From positions 23,333 to 87,332 of the forward strand of contig JBDKVA010000207.1 in assembly GCA_039679375.1 (NCBI GenBank): DNA of 64,000 nucleotides, written 5' to 3'. Every line of letters begins with the position of its first letter. The stretch's first letter is position 1. Shown piece by piece: positions 40,401-50,004 of this stretch. The stretch comes from Clostridiaceae bacterium (GTDB taxonomy: Bacteria; Bacillota; Clostridia; Acetivibrionales; DTU013). A program made the position numbers and the translations under genes. The notes below the pieces were generated by a model. That model did no database searches. It was not told the origin of the DNA and was given only the letters and a program-made list of their open reading frames with translations.

Positions 40401-41040
40401 AGATTTGTACAAGCAAATAAAGGAAGGAAAGGTCAAGGATCTGAATATCATTATTAAGGCTGATGTGCAGGGCTCGGTTGAAGCAGTCAAGCAGTCGCTT
40501 GAGAAGCTGACCAACAATGAAGTACGTGTAAACATCATCCATGGCGGTGTCGGCGCCATTAATGAAGCGGATGTGACCTTGGCCGGCGTATCCAATGCGA
40601 TCATCATCGGCTTTAATGTAAGACCCGGTGTGAATGTAGCTGAGGCTGCCGAGAATGCCGGCGTCGATATCAGGCTCTACAGTATCATTTACAATGCGAT
40701 CGAAGATATCGAGGCTGCCATGAAGGGAATGCTGGAGCCGACGTTTAAGGAGGTCGTATTGGGGCATACTGAAATCAGGCAAATATTCAAAGTATCCGGT
40801 GTCGGTTCCATAGCAGGCTGTTATGTGCTTGATGGCAAAATCGGCAGGAATTCGGACATCAGAGTTATCCGTGACGGCATTGTGGTGCACGAAGGCAAGC
40901 TTGCTTCGCTCAAACGCTTCAAGGATGATGCTAAGGAAGTAACGCAGGGCTTTGAATGCGGGCTTTCCATTGAAAGATTCAACGATATAAAAGAAAAGGA
41001 TATTGTAGAATCGTATACGATGGAAGAGGTTCAGCGGTAG
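37474..41040 (+). CDS. infB: Translation initiation factor IF-2 with a long repetitive N-terminal region
   Basis: [30 protein letters not shown] and SLKRFKDD. Confidence 0.99.
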   Translation: MGKVRVYELAKEMNTTSKRLMEKLAEINVVVKNHMSLLEDNELEALYKHIGVIQHDDKKAEPDVKKAAPVNPPQPKPEIKKDTKSAPRIIRTTEIIINSRNEGSQGSRNDSSKNDMRGSKNDARHDYIRSTDANSGLRAGFVRAGRPEYMKDLNKAVRTDVPKTVQDARPGKGIAGQAAVEPTKAKQPVKHDMAAASHENTAPEKTETTKNDNTKNVAASDNVVVITKKEEKTEMHDDTSASMNASRVKNEKQDNVKPNKDKHAQQPDEANAEGVEAVKSNDADRSLQDKNNQAEKIQELEKIESEKPQHQAARSQSEKLQHQGDGPQDEKAAVVRADKTQSEKTLNDRPQGEKPQSDRPQSDKAQGGRPQGDRPQYQGGRPQGDRPQYQGGRPQGDRPQYQGSRPQGDRPPYQGSRPQGDRPPYQGSRPQGDRPPYQGSRPQGDRPSYQGSRPQGDRPQYQGSRPQGDRPQYQGGRPQGGTGYRSGSRPLEIPKPDLTIAQKEELGSQRSEIRREFSNKDLDKDVKREQRKEAPKSQPVVKGTKRFKPTNIGLAEKKGVSEILSEDFILNEFYNDSDASKKKLNKLRKDRKAEAQPKYIPQRAVLTSIKIPESITVKDLAEALKKTSTEIIKRLMVYGIMATLNQEIDFDTATIIAEEFGVKTEKEVVVNEEDILFDDSEEDDLSKLVPRPPVVVVMGHVDHGKTSLLDAIKSTHVIDTEAGGITQHIGAYTVKINNRNITFLDTPGHEAFTAMRARGAQVTDIAILVVAADDGVMPQTIEAINHAKAANVSIIVAINKIDKPGANPDKVKQELVQYGLVSEEWGGDVICVNVSAKKRQNIDQLLEMILLTADVLELKADPNRQAKGTVIEAKLDKNRGPLATVLVQRGTLHVGDSIVTGTTVGRIRALTDDKGNFVKDAGPSTPVEILGLPEVPEAGELFYAIEDEKVAKHLAEKRKLKQKEQQMNTTSRVTLEDLYKQIKEGKVKDLNIIIKADVQGSVEAVKQSLEKLTNNEVRVNIIHGGVGAINEADVTLAGVSNAIIIGFNVRPGVNVAEAAENAGVDIRLYSIIYNAIEDIEAAMKGMLEPTFKEVVLGHTEIRQIFKVSGVGSIAGCYVLDGKIGRNSDIRVIRDGIVVHEGKLASLKRFKDDAKEVTQGFECGLSIERFNDIKEKDIVESYTMEEVQR
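38569..38913 (+). repeat. Nine full plus one partial in-frame 36-bp tandem repeats in infB
   Basis: Encodes QG[G/S]RPQGDRP[Q/P/S]Y nine times, then QGGRPQG. Confidence 0.95.
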
Positions 41041-41071
41041 GGCCGGGACGTTTCGACAATATACAAAAATC

Positions 41072-41110
41072 AGGCTGGATGGGCGGTAATACTGTCTGCC
41101 CGGCCTTTTT
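41072..41110 (+). terminator. Possible terminator or hairpin between infB and rbfA
   Basis: Imperfect GC-rich stem (AGGCTGG...GGGCGGTA / TACTGTCTG.CCGGCCT) followed by T5. Confidence 0.45.
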
Positions 41111-41132
41111 GCTAAAAAACCGGGGAGTGGTG

Positions 41133-41483
41133 ATGATGGATAGAACGGGCAGAATATCGGAAGAAATGAAAAAAGAAGTCAGCGCAATGATTCAAAATGG
41201 GTTGAAGGATCCAAGACTATCGAAAATGATCAGTGTAACCTCAGCAGAAGTGACAAGAGATTTGCGGTATGCTAAAATATACATCAGTGTGCTTGGAACG
41301 GAAGACGATAAAAAAAGCGCGCTTGCAGGCTTAAAAAGTGCTGCAGGCTTCATCCGGCGCGAAGTCGGACACAAGCTGCAGCTTAGGTATGCACCGGAGC
41401 TGCTGTTTGAACTGGACAATTCAATTGAACGGGGAGTATATATTACAAAATTGATTAACGATACCATTCAGGGGAATAAATGA
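41133..41483 (+). CDS. rbfA: Ribosome-binding factor A
   Basis: LKDPRL, VTRDLRYAKIY and LRYAPELLF. Confidence 0.97.
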   Translation: MMDRTGRISEEMKKEVSAMIQNGLKDPRLSKMISVTSAEVTRDLRYAKIYISVLGTEDDKKSALAGLKSAAGFIRREVGHKLQLRYAPELLFELDNSIERGVYITKLINDTIQGNK

Positions 41484-41507
41484 TTTATTAGAAATGGTGG
41501 ATGATTG

Positions 41508-42461
41508 ATGCTGAACCAAATTGCGATGGATATCGTTGCTTCGGAACATATTGCCCTATTGCCCCACATATCTGCAGATGGGGATGCACTGGGTTCTTCA
41601 TTTGCATTGGCGCTGGCATTATCCTGTATGGGGAAGAATGTTTCCGTACTGCTTGAGGAGGAGATACCTTATATTTATGGCTTTTTGCCAGGGAATGACC
41701 TTGCCGTGGTCTATGGTAAAATGACCCTGCATTATGACACGGTAGTGGCAATTGACTGCGGGGATAACGGAAGGCTTGGAGTCAGAAAAGAGGTCTTTGA
41801 CAGCGCGAAAATGACGGATAATATTGACCACCATCCTACGAATACAGCCTTTGCTGTCCACAACTACCTCGACACATCTTCATCGGCAACAGGGGAGATC
41901 GTCTACCGGCTTCTTGAAATTCTAGGACAAAAAATCGGAAAGGATATTGCGACCTGCCTTTACGTGGCCATTGCTACGGATACCGGATGTTTTCGCTACA
42001 GCAATACGACGCCGGTTACGCATATGATAACGGCAGAGCTTATTAAAACCGGTGTTGATGTGGCGGATGTTTCGCAAAAGGTGTTTGACTCGACTTCTTA
42101 TGAAAAAGTTAAGTTAACAGCAGAAGCCATTCACTCACTCGAGCTGTTTGAGAATGGAAAAATAGCAGTCATGACTATGCCGAATGATCTGATCAGGAAA
42201 ACCGGCGCCAGGGAAGAGGACTGCGACGGGATCATCAATACAGCCAGGAACATCAGGGGTGTCGAGGTGGCTGCAATGCTCCGGCAGAGCGACCATGGAG
42301 ATATTAAGGTAAACCTCAGATCCAATTCTTTTGTTGATGTATCCGCCATTGCAAGAAAGTATACCGGAGGCGGGCATAAAAGAGCCGCAGGCTTCACTAC
42401 GCAGGGAGCGCTGGACAAAACGAAAAAAAATCTTCTAAAGGATATAAGAGAAGTTCTTTGA
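41508..42461 (+). CDS. nrnA: DHH/DHHA1 oligoribonuclease/pAp phosphatase NrnA
   Basis: ADGDALGS, IDHH, TDTGCF and GGGHKRAAG. Confidence 0.9.
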   Translation: MLNQIAMDIVASEHIALLPHISADGDALGSSFALALALSCMGKNVSVLLEEEIPYIYGFLPGNDLAVVYGKMTLHYDTVVAIDCGDNGRLGVRKEVFDSAKMTDNIDHHPTNTAFAVHNYLDTSSSATGEIVYRLLEILGQKIGKDIATCLYVAIATDTGCFRYSNTTPVTHMITAELIKTGVDVADVSQKVFDSTSYEKVKLTAEAIHSLELFENGKIAVMTMPNDLIRKTGAREEDCDGIINTARNIRGVEVAAMLRQSDHGDIKVNLRSNSFVDVSAIARKYTGGGHKRAAGFTTQGALDKTKKNLLKDIREVL

Positions 42462-42462
42462 T

Positions 42463-43377
42463 ATGGACGGAATAAATGGAATATTAAATATATTAAAGCC
42501 TCCCGGAATGACCTCCTTCGATGTAGTCGCCTATCTTCGCGGGCTGCTCGGCATAAGGAAAATAGGCCATGCAGGCACGTTGGACCCTTTAGCTGTCGGT
42601 GTTCTGACGGTGTGTGTGGGAAATGCGACCGGAGCCATCGAATTTCTTATGGATAAGGACAAGCATTACCGCGCGGAGCTGACACTCGGTATTGCGACTG
42701 ATACGCAGGATTCCACAGGTGAAATCCTTTATACTGCTGTTCCCGGATGCAGCGATGAAGAAATCAAGACGGCGATAAGCTCATTTGCGGGCAAATATCA
42801 TCAAACCCCACCTATGTATTCCGCATTGAGGGTCGACGGAAAAAGACTGTACGAGCTTGCAAGGGACGGTATAGAAGTGGAAAGACAGAGCCGTGAGGTA
42901 GAGATTTATTCCGTCCGGGTATTGGACATCGACAGGGTGGATGGCGTGAAAGTTCTTTTTGACGTGCATTGTTCGAAAGGGACATATATCAGGACATTAT
43001 GTGCGGATATCGGCGAACGCCTTGGCTGCGGCGGTCACATGTCGTTTCTGTTGAGAAAGCGTGCAGGCTCCTTTAATTTATCTGCAGCTTACGAACTGGA
43101 AGAACTGGCCCAAATGCAAAAGGAAAAAACGCTTCAGAACGCATTGATAAATGTGGAGTCGGCTTTTGACGGCTTACCGGGTTACGTGCTTGATAAAGAT
43201 TCGGATAGAAAGTTCAGAAATGGTATGCATGTTGCTGTTAAAAACGGAGCGTTTTTGAATAGCGCCGCTCTTGTACGCGTCTATGGCACAAACAAGCAAT
43301 TTATTGCGCTTGGAACTATTAAAAATAGTGAGGACGGAACATACCTCAAGGTGAAAAAATTTTTTTATATACATTGA
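42463..43377 (+). CDS. truB: tRNA pseudouridine(55) synthase
   Basis: GHAGTLDPLAVG and CSKGTYIRTL. Confidence 0.97.
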   Translation: MDGINGILNILKPPGMTSFDVVAYLRGLLGIRKIGHAGTLDPLAVGVLTVCVGNATGAIEFLMDKDKHYRAELTLGIATDTQDSTGEILYTAVPGCSDEEIKTAISSFAGKYHQTPPMYSALRVDGKRLYELARDGIEVERQSREVEIYSVRVLDIDRVDGVKVLFDVHCSKGTYIRTLCADIGERLGCGGHMSFLLRKRAGSFNLSAAYELEELAQMQKEKTLQNALINVESAFDGLPGYVLDKDSDRKFRNGMHVAVKNGAFLNSAALVRVYGTNKQFIALGTIKNSEDGTYLKVKKFFYIH

Positions 43378-43516
43378 AAAAAAGAATTGGGATCACAAGT
43401 TTTTTCATATGTGTTACCTTGATTTGATGTTGAACAAATTTTATTCGTTCATTAACCCAAATCATTTGTTCAACTTATATAGTTTGCACGCAAAACGGAA
43501 GAATGGGGTCTTACAG

Positions 43517-44449
43517 ATGAAAACAGTATTTGGAGCGGAAAACATCAAATTTGCCAATAAAACTACAGCAGTTGGATTAGGCAATTTTGACGGACTGCAT
43601 GTGGGGCACATGGCACTGGTGAATACACTGATCAGTGAAGCCAGGATCAATAAGCTGGAATCCATGATCTATACCTTTACGAAGCATCCTGAGAATATTC
43701 TCAGAAAGAAGCTTTTTACTCCTCTGCTGACGACAGTGGGTAAGAAAATCCAGTTATTGAGCGAGACTGCACTGAATTACATTTTTTTTGATGAGTTTGA
43801 TGAGGAATATTCAAGGATGAAGCCGGAATGCTTCGTCAGGGAGATATTGCTGGGCAAGCTTGGAGCAAGGCTTGTTGTGGCAGGGTTTGACTACAGGTTC
43901 GGATACATGGGACAGGGTGATGTGAATATGCTCAGGGAATTCGGGAAAAAGTATGATTTCAAAGTGATCATGATCCCTCCTGTAAAAATTGACAATGAAA
44001 TTGTCAGCAGTACGCTGATACGGAAGCTTGTTGCAAAGGGCGATATGGAAAGCGTATTCAAGTATCTTGGACGGCACTATTCGGTTACGGGAGAAGTGCT
44101 TGACGGGAAGAGGATCGGCCGCAGGATCGGCTTTCCCACAGCAAATCTGCAGCCGGAGGATTACCTGATCATGCCTCGTTCCGGTGTTTATATCACAAAA
44201 ACGCTTTATGACGGTGAATTTTACAGCAGCCTTACCAACATCGGCTTGAATCCGACCTTCGGAGATGTGGAGAGAATAAGCGCAGAGACGCATATCCTGA
44301 ATTTTGACAGGGATATTTACAGGAGCAGTATCGAAGTGTTCTTTCTCGCAAAGCTTCGAAATGAGAAGAAATTTAAAAATGCCGAGGAGCTTGCCGGTCA
44401 GATCAGGCATGACATACAGTCTGCGAAGGACTATTTTTCCGTGCAGTAA
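43517..44449 (+). CDS. ribF: Riboflavin kinase/FAD synthetase
   Basis: GNFDGLHVGH, SSTLIR and GRRIGFPTAN. Confidence 0.97.
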   Translation: MKTVFGAENIKFANKTTAVGLGNFDGLHVGHMALVNTLISEARINKLESMIYTFTKHPENILRKKLFTPLLTTVGKKIQLLSETALNYIFFDEFDEEYSRMKPECFVREILLGKLGARLVVAGFDYRFGYMGQGDVNMLREFGKKYDFKVIMIPPVKIDNEIVSSTLIRKLVAKGDMESVFKYLGRHYSVTGEVLDGKRIGRRIGFPTANLQPEDYLIMPRSGVYITKTLYDGEFYSSLTNIGLNPTFGDVERISAETHILNFDRDIYRSSIEVFFLAKLRNEKKFKNAEELAGQIRHDIQSAKDYFSVQ

Positions 44450-44542
44450 TAAATATTCAACCGTAAAGACAATTTCGTTTTTTTATCGTATTATAATTTA
44501 TTTGTATGCAATTTTCGGGCAGGAAAAAAGGATGGTACTATT

Positions 44543-45277
44543 ATGATCATCAGGATGGAGAACCTGGGTAAGATTTATAACACGGGGAAAATCGAAGTAG
44601 AAGCACTGAAAAATGTGAATCTGGAGATTGAAGAGGGTGAATTTGTCTCCATAATGGGCCCTTCAGGATCGGGCAAATCTACCCTTATGAACATTATAGG
44701 CTGTCTGGATCGGTCAACCGGCGGATATTACGAGCTTGACAATGTGAATATTTCAATGCTGGATGATATTGAACTTGCCAGAATCCGTAATATTAAAATA
44801 GGCTTTGTTTTTCAGTCCTTCAACCTGCTTCCAAGGATAACAGCACTTCAAAATGTGGAACTGCCTATGATCTACGCGGGGATCGGTAAAAAGGAGCGCA
44901 GGAGGAAAGCAATTGAGGCACTTGAAAGAGTATGCCTCGCAGACAGGATGGATCACAGGCCTAACGAGCTTTCAGGCGGACAAAAGCAAAGAGTAGCTAT
45001 TGCGCGCGCCCTCGTGAACAATCCTGCCATCATACTGGCGGACGAGCCGACAGGAAACCTGGATACCGCATCGGGTGAAGATATCATGGCTGTTTTCCAG
45101 GAATTGAACCGGGAAGGTGCGACGATTGTACTTGTGACACATGAACCGGACATCGCGCAGCACACGGGCAGGATCGTCAAATTCAGGGATGGGTTCCTCA
45201 AGTCAGATGAACCTGTGGTTCATCCCATTGATGCAAGGGACCTGATACGCGAGCGAAAATCCCAGGAAGCCGTATGA
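44543..45277 (+). CDS. ABC exporter ATP-binding protein (MacB/YknY-like)
   Basis: GPSGSGKS, LSGGQKQR and ADEPTGNLD. Confidence 0.95.
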   Translation: MIIRMENLGKIYNTGKIEVEALKNVNLEIEEGEFVSIMGPSGSGKSTLMNIIGCLDRSTGGYYELDNVNISMLDDIELARIRNIKIGFVFQSFNLLPRITALQNVELPMIYAGIGKKERRRKAIEALERVCLADRMDHRPNELSGGQKQRVAIARALVNNPAIILADEPTGNLDTASGEDIMAVFQELNREGATIVLVTHEPDIAQHTGRIVKFRDGFLKSDEPVVHPIDARDLIRERKSQEAV

Positions 45278-45308
45278 TGAATAAATATAGAAGGAAGATG
45301 GTCAAAAC

Positions 45309-46058
45309 ATGATGGAAACTCAAATCAGTCAGATCAGTCAAGAGGTATCGTGCGAACAGCCGGGACTACTAAAAAGGATATGGTGGGCAGCAGCCTCGCC
45401 GGGTAAATTGATGGGGTGCCTGGCGCAAAAGCCAAGAGTGCTTTTTGGTCTGATTCTTGCCGCTGTATCGATGGACGTATTGTATATTTCAAGAATGCCT
45501 CTTTATGAAGAATTCACCAGAAATACTCTGTATAAAACAAGTGAATATATGGAGTCGCTGGTTGGCCAATCCATGACAGCCGAAATGGTGGAAGAAAGCC
45601 TGCCGAAAACGGTAATACAAAGCCTGATTACAACACCTTTTGCCATGATCGCCTCTTTACTGTTTATAACGCTTGTTTACTTTGCCATCCTGAAAATAAT
45701 GGGCGGCCAAGGCAAATTCAAGGCTTACCTGTCAGTGATGTGCTATTCCTATGTCATTTCGGCATTATATATTCTGCTTGTCATACCGGTTTCATTTGTT
45801 ACCGGAAGCCTTCATCTGGATATACCGTTGACAAGCCTGGCAATATTGGCGCCCGAAGAAATGGCCGGCACATTTTTATATGGTATTATGAAGGGACTGG
45901 ATGTATTTGCCATATGGCATTCTGCTGTAGCCGCAATTGGTTTTGTTGCCGTAAGCAAGCTTAAAAAACCGTATGTGTACAGCGTAGTAGCCGGGATATT
46001 TATTATAGGGCTGTTGATTACCGGAGTGGGTGCGATAGTGGCGAAGGCATTCATATAA
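45309..46058 (+). CDS. Yip1-family membrane protein (YknW-like)
   Basis: About 5 TM segments, SP motif near the N-terminus, located in a MacAB-type cluster. Confidence 0.75.
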   Translation: MMETQISQISQEVSCEQPGLLKRIWWAAASPGKLMGCLAQKPRVLFGLILAAVSMDVLYISRMPLYEEFTRNTLYKTSEYMESLVGQSMTAEMVEESLPKTVIQSLITTPFAMIASLLFITLVYFAILKIMGGQGKFKAYLSVMCYSYVISALYILLVIPVSFVTGSLHLDIPLTSLAILAPEEMAGTFLYGIMKGLDVFAIWHSAVAAIGFVAVSKLKKPYVYSVVAGIFIIGLLITGVGAIVAKAFI

Positions 46059-46158
46059 AAAGCATACAACGGTTTTCTGAATATACTTTTTATCAAATTT
46101 GTTCAACTTATATAATATCGTTTGAAGTGAAGGAAGATCTATTTCAGGAGGGTACAGA

Positions 46159-47430
46159 ATGAATAAAAAGGTTATAATGGGCGGCATCATTGCCATTTGT
46201 ATAATAGGACTTGTTGCCGCAGGAATCATAAAGGCTGCGGGCAATGGCGGCGGCAGGGCATTTTCGGTGGATACGGCGAAAATACAAAAAGGCGGGATTT
46301 CGTCTTATATCTCTTCAGACGGCATGATTGAAGAGACTGAAAAGGCGGAGGTGTTTTTTGACACACCCTTGAAAGTCGGGAAGCTGCTTGTTGAAGTCGG
46401 TCAGAGCGTTACAAAAGGACAACAGCTTTTTGAACTTGATTTGAGCGCTTTGCAATCGCAATTGGAGACACTCAGAATAAATAAAAATACGCAGCAGATC
46501 TCACTGAACGCAAAAGCAATGGATGCAGAAGTGGAAAGAGCCTACAACAACCTGAAGGCGGCCGAACGCAATTATAACGACACGAAAAAGACTTTTGAGG
46601 AGAACAGGGAATTATACAACGCAAATGCCATTTCAAAGTCCGAGCTTGACATGTCCGAAAAAGCTTTTATTGAAGCGGAATCGGGGATGAGCGGCCTGAA
46701 GAATGCCAAAATAGCCTATAATTCCGCTGTGGAGAACAGGAATAATTCCAGGAAATCCGCAGAGGAAAGCATGAAAGCGACCGATATACAGATATCGGAT
46801 ATGGAAAAGAAGATAAACACAATTGAAGAAAATTGTAAAAGCCCCATTACAGGCATGGTTACAAGCCTGGGAGTCCAGGCAGGCGCATTTACCGGCAGCA
46901 TGCAGGCGGCCTATAAGGTCATTGATCCGGATAAGCTCCAGGTAAGGGCTAAAGTGAAGGAATACGACATAAAGAATGTGGCGGTAGGACAGAAAGCAAG
47001 GATCACGGGAGAGGCGATCGATAAGAGCACCGAGGTGACAGGAATAGTGAAAAGCATCGCTCCTGTTGCGGTAACCAATATGACTTCCAATGGAAACGAA
47101 ACCGTCGTAGAGGTGCTGGTAGAAGTAGATGGGGCGGAGGGTGTACTGAAGCCCGGCCTCAACGTTACCTGTGAAATATCGACAGTAAATAAAAAGGATG
47201 TGCTTCTTGTTCCGATGGAAGCAATTATGCCGGATAAGGACGATAATAATATCGTTTTCGTAGTTGACGAAAACAAGGGTACAATGCTGCAAAGGCAAGT
47301 AACCGTAGGGCTGAATTCCGATATGTATGTTGAGATCCTGGAAGGGCTAAAAGAGGGTGAACTGGTGGTACTGGACCCTCAGCCGACTTACAGGGACGGC
47401 TCGCGTGTCAGGATATCCGAAGAAAAGTAG
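46159..47430 (+). CDS. Membrane fusion/adaptor protein (YknX/MacA-like)
   Basis: N-terminal anchor, VEVGQSVTKGQ, coiled coil, LKPGLNV and VEILEGLKEGELVV. Confidence 0.92.
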   Translation: MNKKVIMGGIIAICIIGLVAAGIIKAAGNGGGRAFSVDTAKIQKGGISSYISSDGMIEETEKAEVFFDTPLKVGKLLVEVGQSVTKGQQLFELDLSALQSQLETLRINKNTQQISLNAKAMDAEVERAYNNLKAAERNYNDTKKTFEENRELYNANAISKSELDMSEKAFIEAESGMSGLKNAKIAYNSAVENRNNSRKSAEESMKATDIQISDMEKKINTIEENCKSPITGMVTSLGVQAGAFTGSMQAAYKVIDPDKLQVRAKVKEYDIKNVAVGQKARITGEAIDKSTEVTGIVKSIAPVAVTNMTSNGNETVVEVLVEVDGAEGVLKPGLNVTCEISTVNKKDVLLVPMEAIMPDKDDNNIVFVVDENKGTMLQRQVTVGLNSDMYVEILEGLKEGELVVLDPQPTYRDGSRVRISEEK

Positions 47431-47482
47431 GCAGCCTTGAACAATGAACGTATAATACCAGGAGTGAATTGAGGTTGGCAGG

Positions 47483-48697
47483 ATGAATTTTTCAGAAAGC
47501 TTCAAACAGGCCATGGATAGCCTGAAAGCAAATAAGCTTCGTTCGATTCTTACGATGCTGGGAATTGTGATGGGAGTATTTTCGATTATTACCATAATGG
47601 CTTTGGGAAGCGCTGCTGAAGCCTATATGAACAGTCAGTTTGAAAAAATCGGCGCTAATACGGTCACCATTTCATACAAGAAAATGAGTGTGGATAAAAA
47701 GGATTGGCTTCGGATGGAGGATCTGGAGACCGTTAAGAAGATCGCACCGGAGATCAAGAACATTGCGACATCGCAGACAAAAAGAGGAAGCCTGCGTATT
47801 GGAAACGAAACCAGGGATGCGCTCATCTATGCCGTATCCTCGCAATATAAGAATTTCGATCTGATTGAGATGGCGCAGGGACGGTTTATCAATGAATTTG
47901 ATGTGACTTCTCGCGCCAAGGTGATCATCGTTGACGAGACATTCGTTAAAAAGTACTTTAAAGCAGGCCAGAATGTGGTAGGGGAGAACATATCACTCAA
48001 AACGCCGTCGGGAAGCTCGGTCGCCCTAAAGATCATTGGTGTGAAGAAGAGCGGAGATGATTTGTTTGAGAGCATGTACAACAGTGACATGATCCCGGCA
48101 TTTGTCTATATGCCGATCACCGCGATCCAGTCTATTTATCCGAACAGCGAACGGCTTGAGAGCATTATGGTGTCACTGGTTGAAAAGGATAAGCTGCGTG
48201 ACGTTGGCAAAAGGATCGTGAAGGGGCTTGAGATGAAACACGGCAGCGAAGATGTGTATATGGCGCAAAATTCAGCAGATCTGCAGCAGGCCTTTTCCGA
48301 TGTGCTGGGGGTCATCTCCTCCGTGCTGCTTGTCATCGCCATCATTACACTGATCGTTGGAGGCATAGGTATTATCAACATACTGCTTGTTTCCGTCACG
48401 GAAAGAATAAGGGAAATAGGTATCCGGAAAGCGCTTGGGGCGCAAAAAAAGGATATAATACTGCAATTCATCACCGAATCGATCATCATGACAGGAACCA
48501 GCGGACTTGTCGGCATTATAATCGGCGTTATTGCAGGAGGTATAATTTCCTCATTGATAAAAATCCCACCTGTTGTCGATCTGAAGGTAATCAGCCTGGC
48601 TTTCCTGGGTTCTGTCGCATTAGGCCTCATATTTGGCGTTTACCCGGCCAAACGTGCTGCCGACCTTGATCCGATTGAATCATTACGGTATGAGTGA
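47483..48697 (+). CDS. ABC exporter permease (MacB/YknZ-like)
   Basis: NKLRSILTMLGI, VTERIREIGIRKALGA and DPIESLRYE. Confidence 0.95.
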   Translation: MNFSESFKQAMDSLKANKLRSILTMLGIVMGVFSIITIMALGSAAEAYMNSQFEKIGANTVTISYKKMSVDKKDWLRMEDLETVKKIAPEIKNIATSQTKRGSLRIGNETRDALIYAVSSQYKNFDLIEMAQGRFINEFDVTSRAKVIIVDETFVKKYFKAGQNVVGENISLKTPSGSSVALKIIGVKKSGDDLFESMYNSDMIPAFVYMPITAIQSIYPNSERLESIMVSLVEKDKLRDVGKRIVKGLEMKHGSEDVYMAQNSADLQQAFSDVLGVISSVLLVIAIITLIVGGIGIINILLVSVTERIREIGIRKALGAQKKDIILQFITESIIMTGTSGLVGIIIGVIAGGIISSLIKIPPVVDLKVISLAFLGSVALGLIFGVYPAKRAADLDPIESLRYE

Positions 48698-48722
48698 CTG
48701 CTTTTTGCCAGGTGGATCAAAT

Positions 48723-49781
48723 TCAATCGATAAACTGAAAACTTGAAGGCTTTTCTATTCCGCCGATATGATTTATGATCTCCGGCATGCCTGTTCCGGC
48801 GGATATCCGGCAAAGACTTACGGAATCGGAATCCAGATTGCCTACAAGCATATATTTGCCTGAAGGGTCAATGGCAAAATCCCTGGGCGTTTTTTGCGGT
48901 AATGTCATAAAACCTGCAGAAGCAAGGTTGTAATCCTTTTCGTTTATTATGAAAACTGCGATGCTGTCACAGCCTCTGTTCGCACCGTACAAAAAGCGCC
49001 CGTCCTTTGAAATGTGTATGGCAGAACAATAGGAGGTTCCTTTGAAATCATGTGGGAGCGCTGATAACTGCTGAATGGAGTTCAAAATACCCGTTGATTT
49101 ATTGAAACAAAGTACATTTACCATATTGTTCAGTTCATTAATTAAATAGATGGTATTGCCGTACGGATGAATTTCAAGATGCCTTGGTCCGGCGCCTGAA
49201 GCAGTCTGCATGACGCTGTGCGCGTATAGATTACCTTCTTCGAGGATATAGACATACACTCTGTCGGCTCCCAGATCCGTTGCCAGGACATAGCGGGTGC
49301 CGGGTACCTGGCGGATGAAATGCGCCCTTGCCTGTGACTGACTGCCCGGTACGATCCCCTTCCGAAGCGGATCTCCGTTTTCATGCCGGATGACGGCACT
49401 GCAGCTGCTTAGGGAACCGTCCGGATTTACCGGGTTTGTGTATACTATCCCGTCGGCATAGCTTGCAGACAGAAGTGTATGCTGGTCTTCCGACAACGAT
49501 ATGTGGCATGGACCTGAAGTGTTGAAGGTGATGCTGTTGATATGCCTGGGGGCAAGCTTGTCTGAAATATCATATGCGCTTACACCACCAAGCCCGTTGG
49601 AAATCTCATTATTCGCGTAGAGATACTTCCCGCCGGCATGGATGCAGAGGTAGGATGGTTTGTTACAATGGCCGGCGCGGTTCAATATGTGCAACTCTTC
49701 CTTCTCTTTATCCAGCTCCATAACATAGATGTTTTCAGAGTAGGTACCAACATAAAATATATTTTTTCCGCAAGACTGCAT
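48723..49781 (-). CDS. 6-phosphogluconolactonase-like beta-propeller lactonase
   Basis: YVGTY, TDLGAD, GAGPRHL, ANRGCDS and PRDF. Confidence 0.88.
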   Translation of the reverse strand: MQSCGKNIFYVGTYSENIYVMELDKEKEELHILNRAGHCNKPSYLCIHAGGKYLYANNEISNGLGGVSAYDISDKLAPRHINSITFNTSGPCHISLSEDQHTLLSASYADGIVYTNPVNPDGSLSSCSAVIRHENGDPLRKGIVPGSQSQARAHFIRQVPGTRYVLATDLGADRVYVYILEEGNLYAHSVMQTASGAGPRHLEIHPYGNTIYLINELNNMVNVLCFNKSTGILNSIQQLSALPHDFKGTSYCSAIHISKDGRFLYGANRGCDSIAVFIINEKDYNLASAGFMTLPQKTPRDFAIDPSGKYMLVGNLDSDSVSLCRISAGTGMPEIINHIGGIEKPSSFQFID

Positions 49782-50004
49782 GCAGCACAACCTACCTTTC
49801 ATTTGCCTGGTATTTTAAATATATCAATATAGATATTTCCAGTCAATTATACTCCCTCTGCATTGTCAGCTGCAACATAAACAGTTCCACAGCGGTAATC
49901 ATGCACATGTTGGCACTCACCTGCCATATAATACACGGATGACTTCGCTAAAGCATGCTTGTATATCATGCATGCTACGCTACATAATATCAGGTGATGG
50001 AAAG

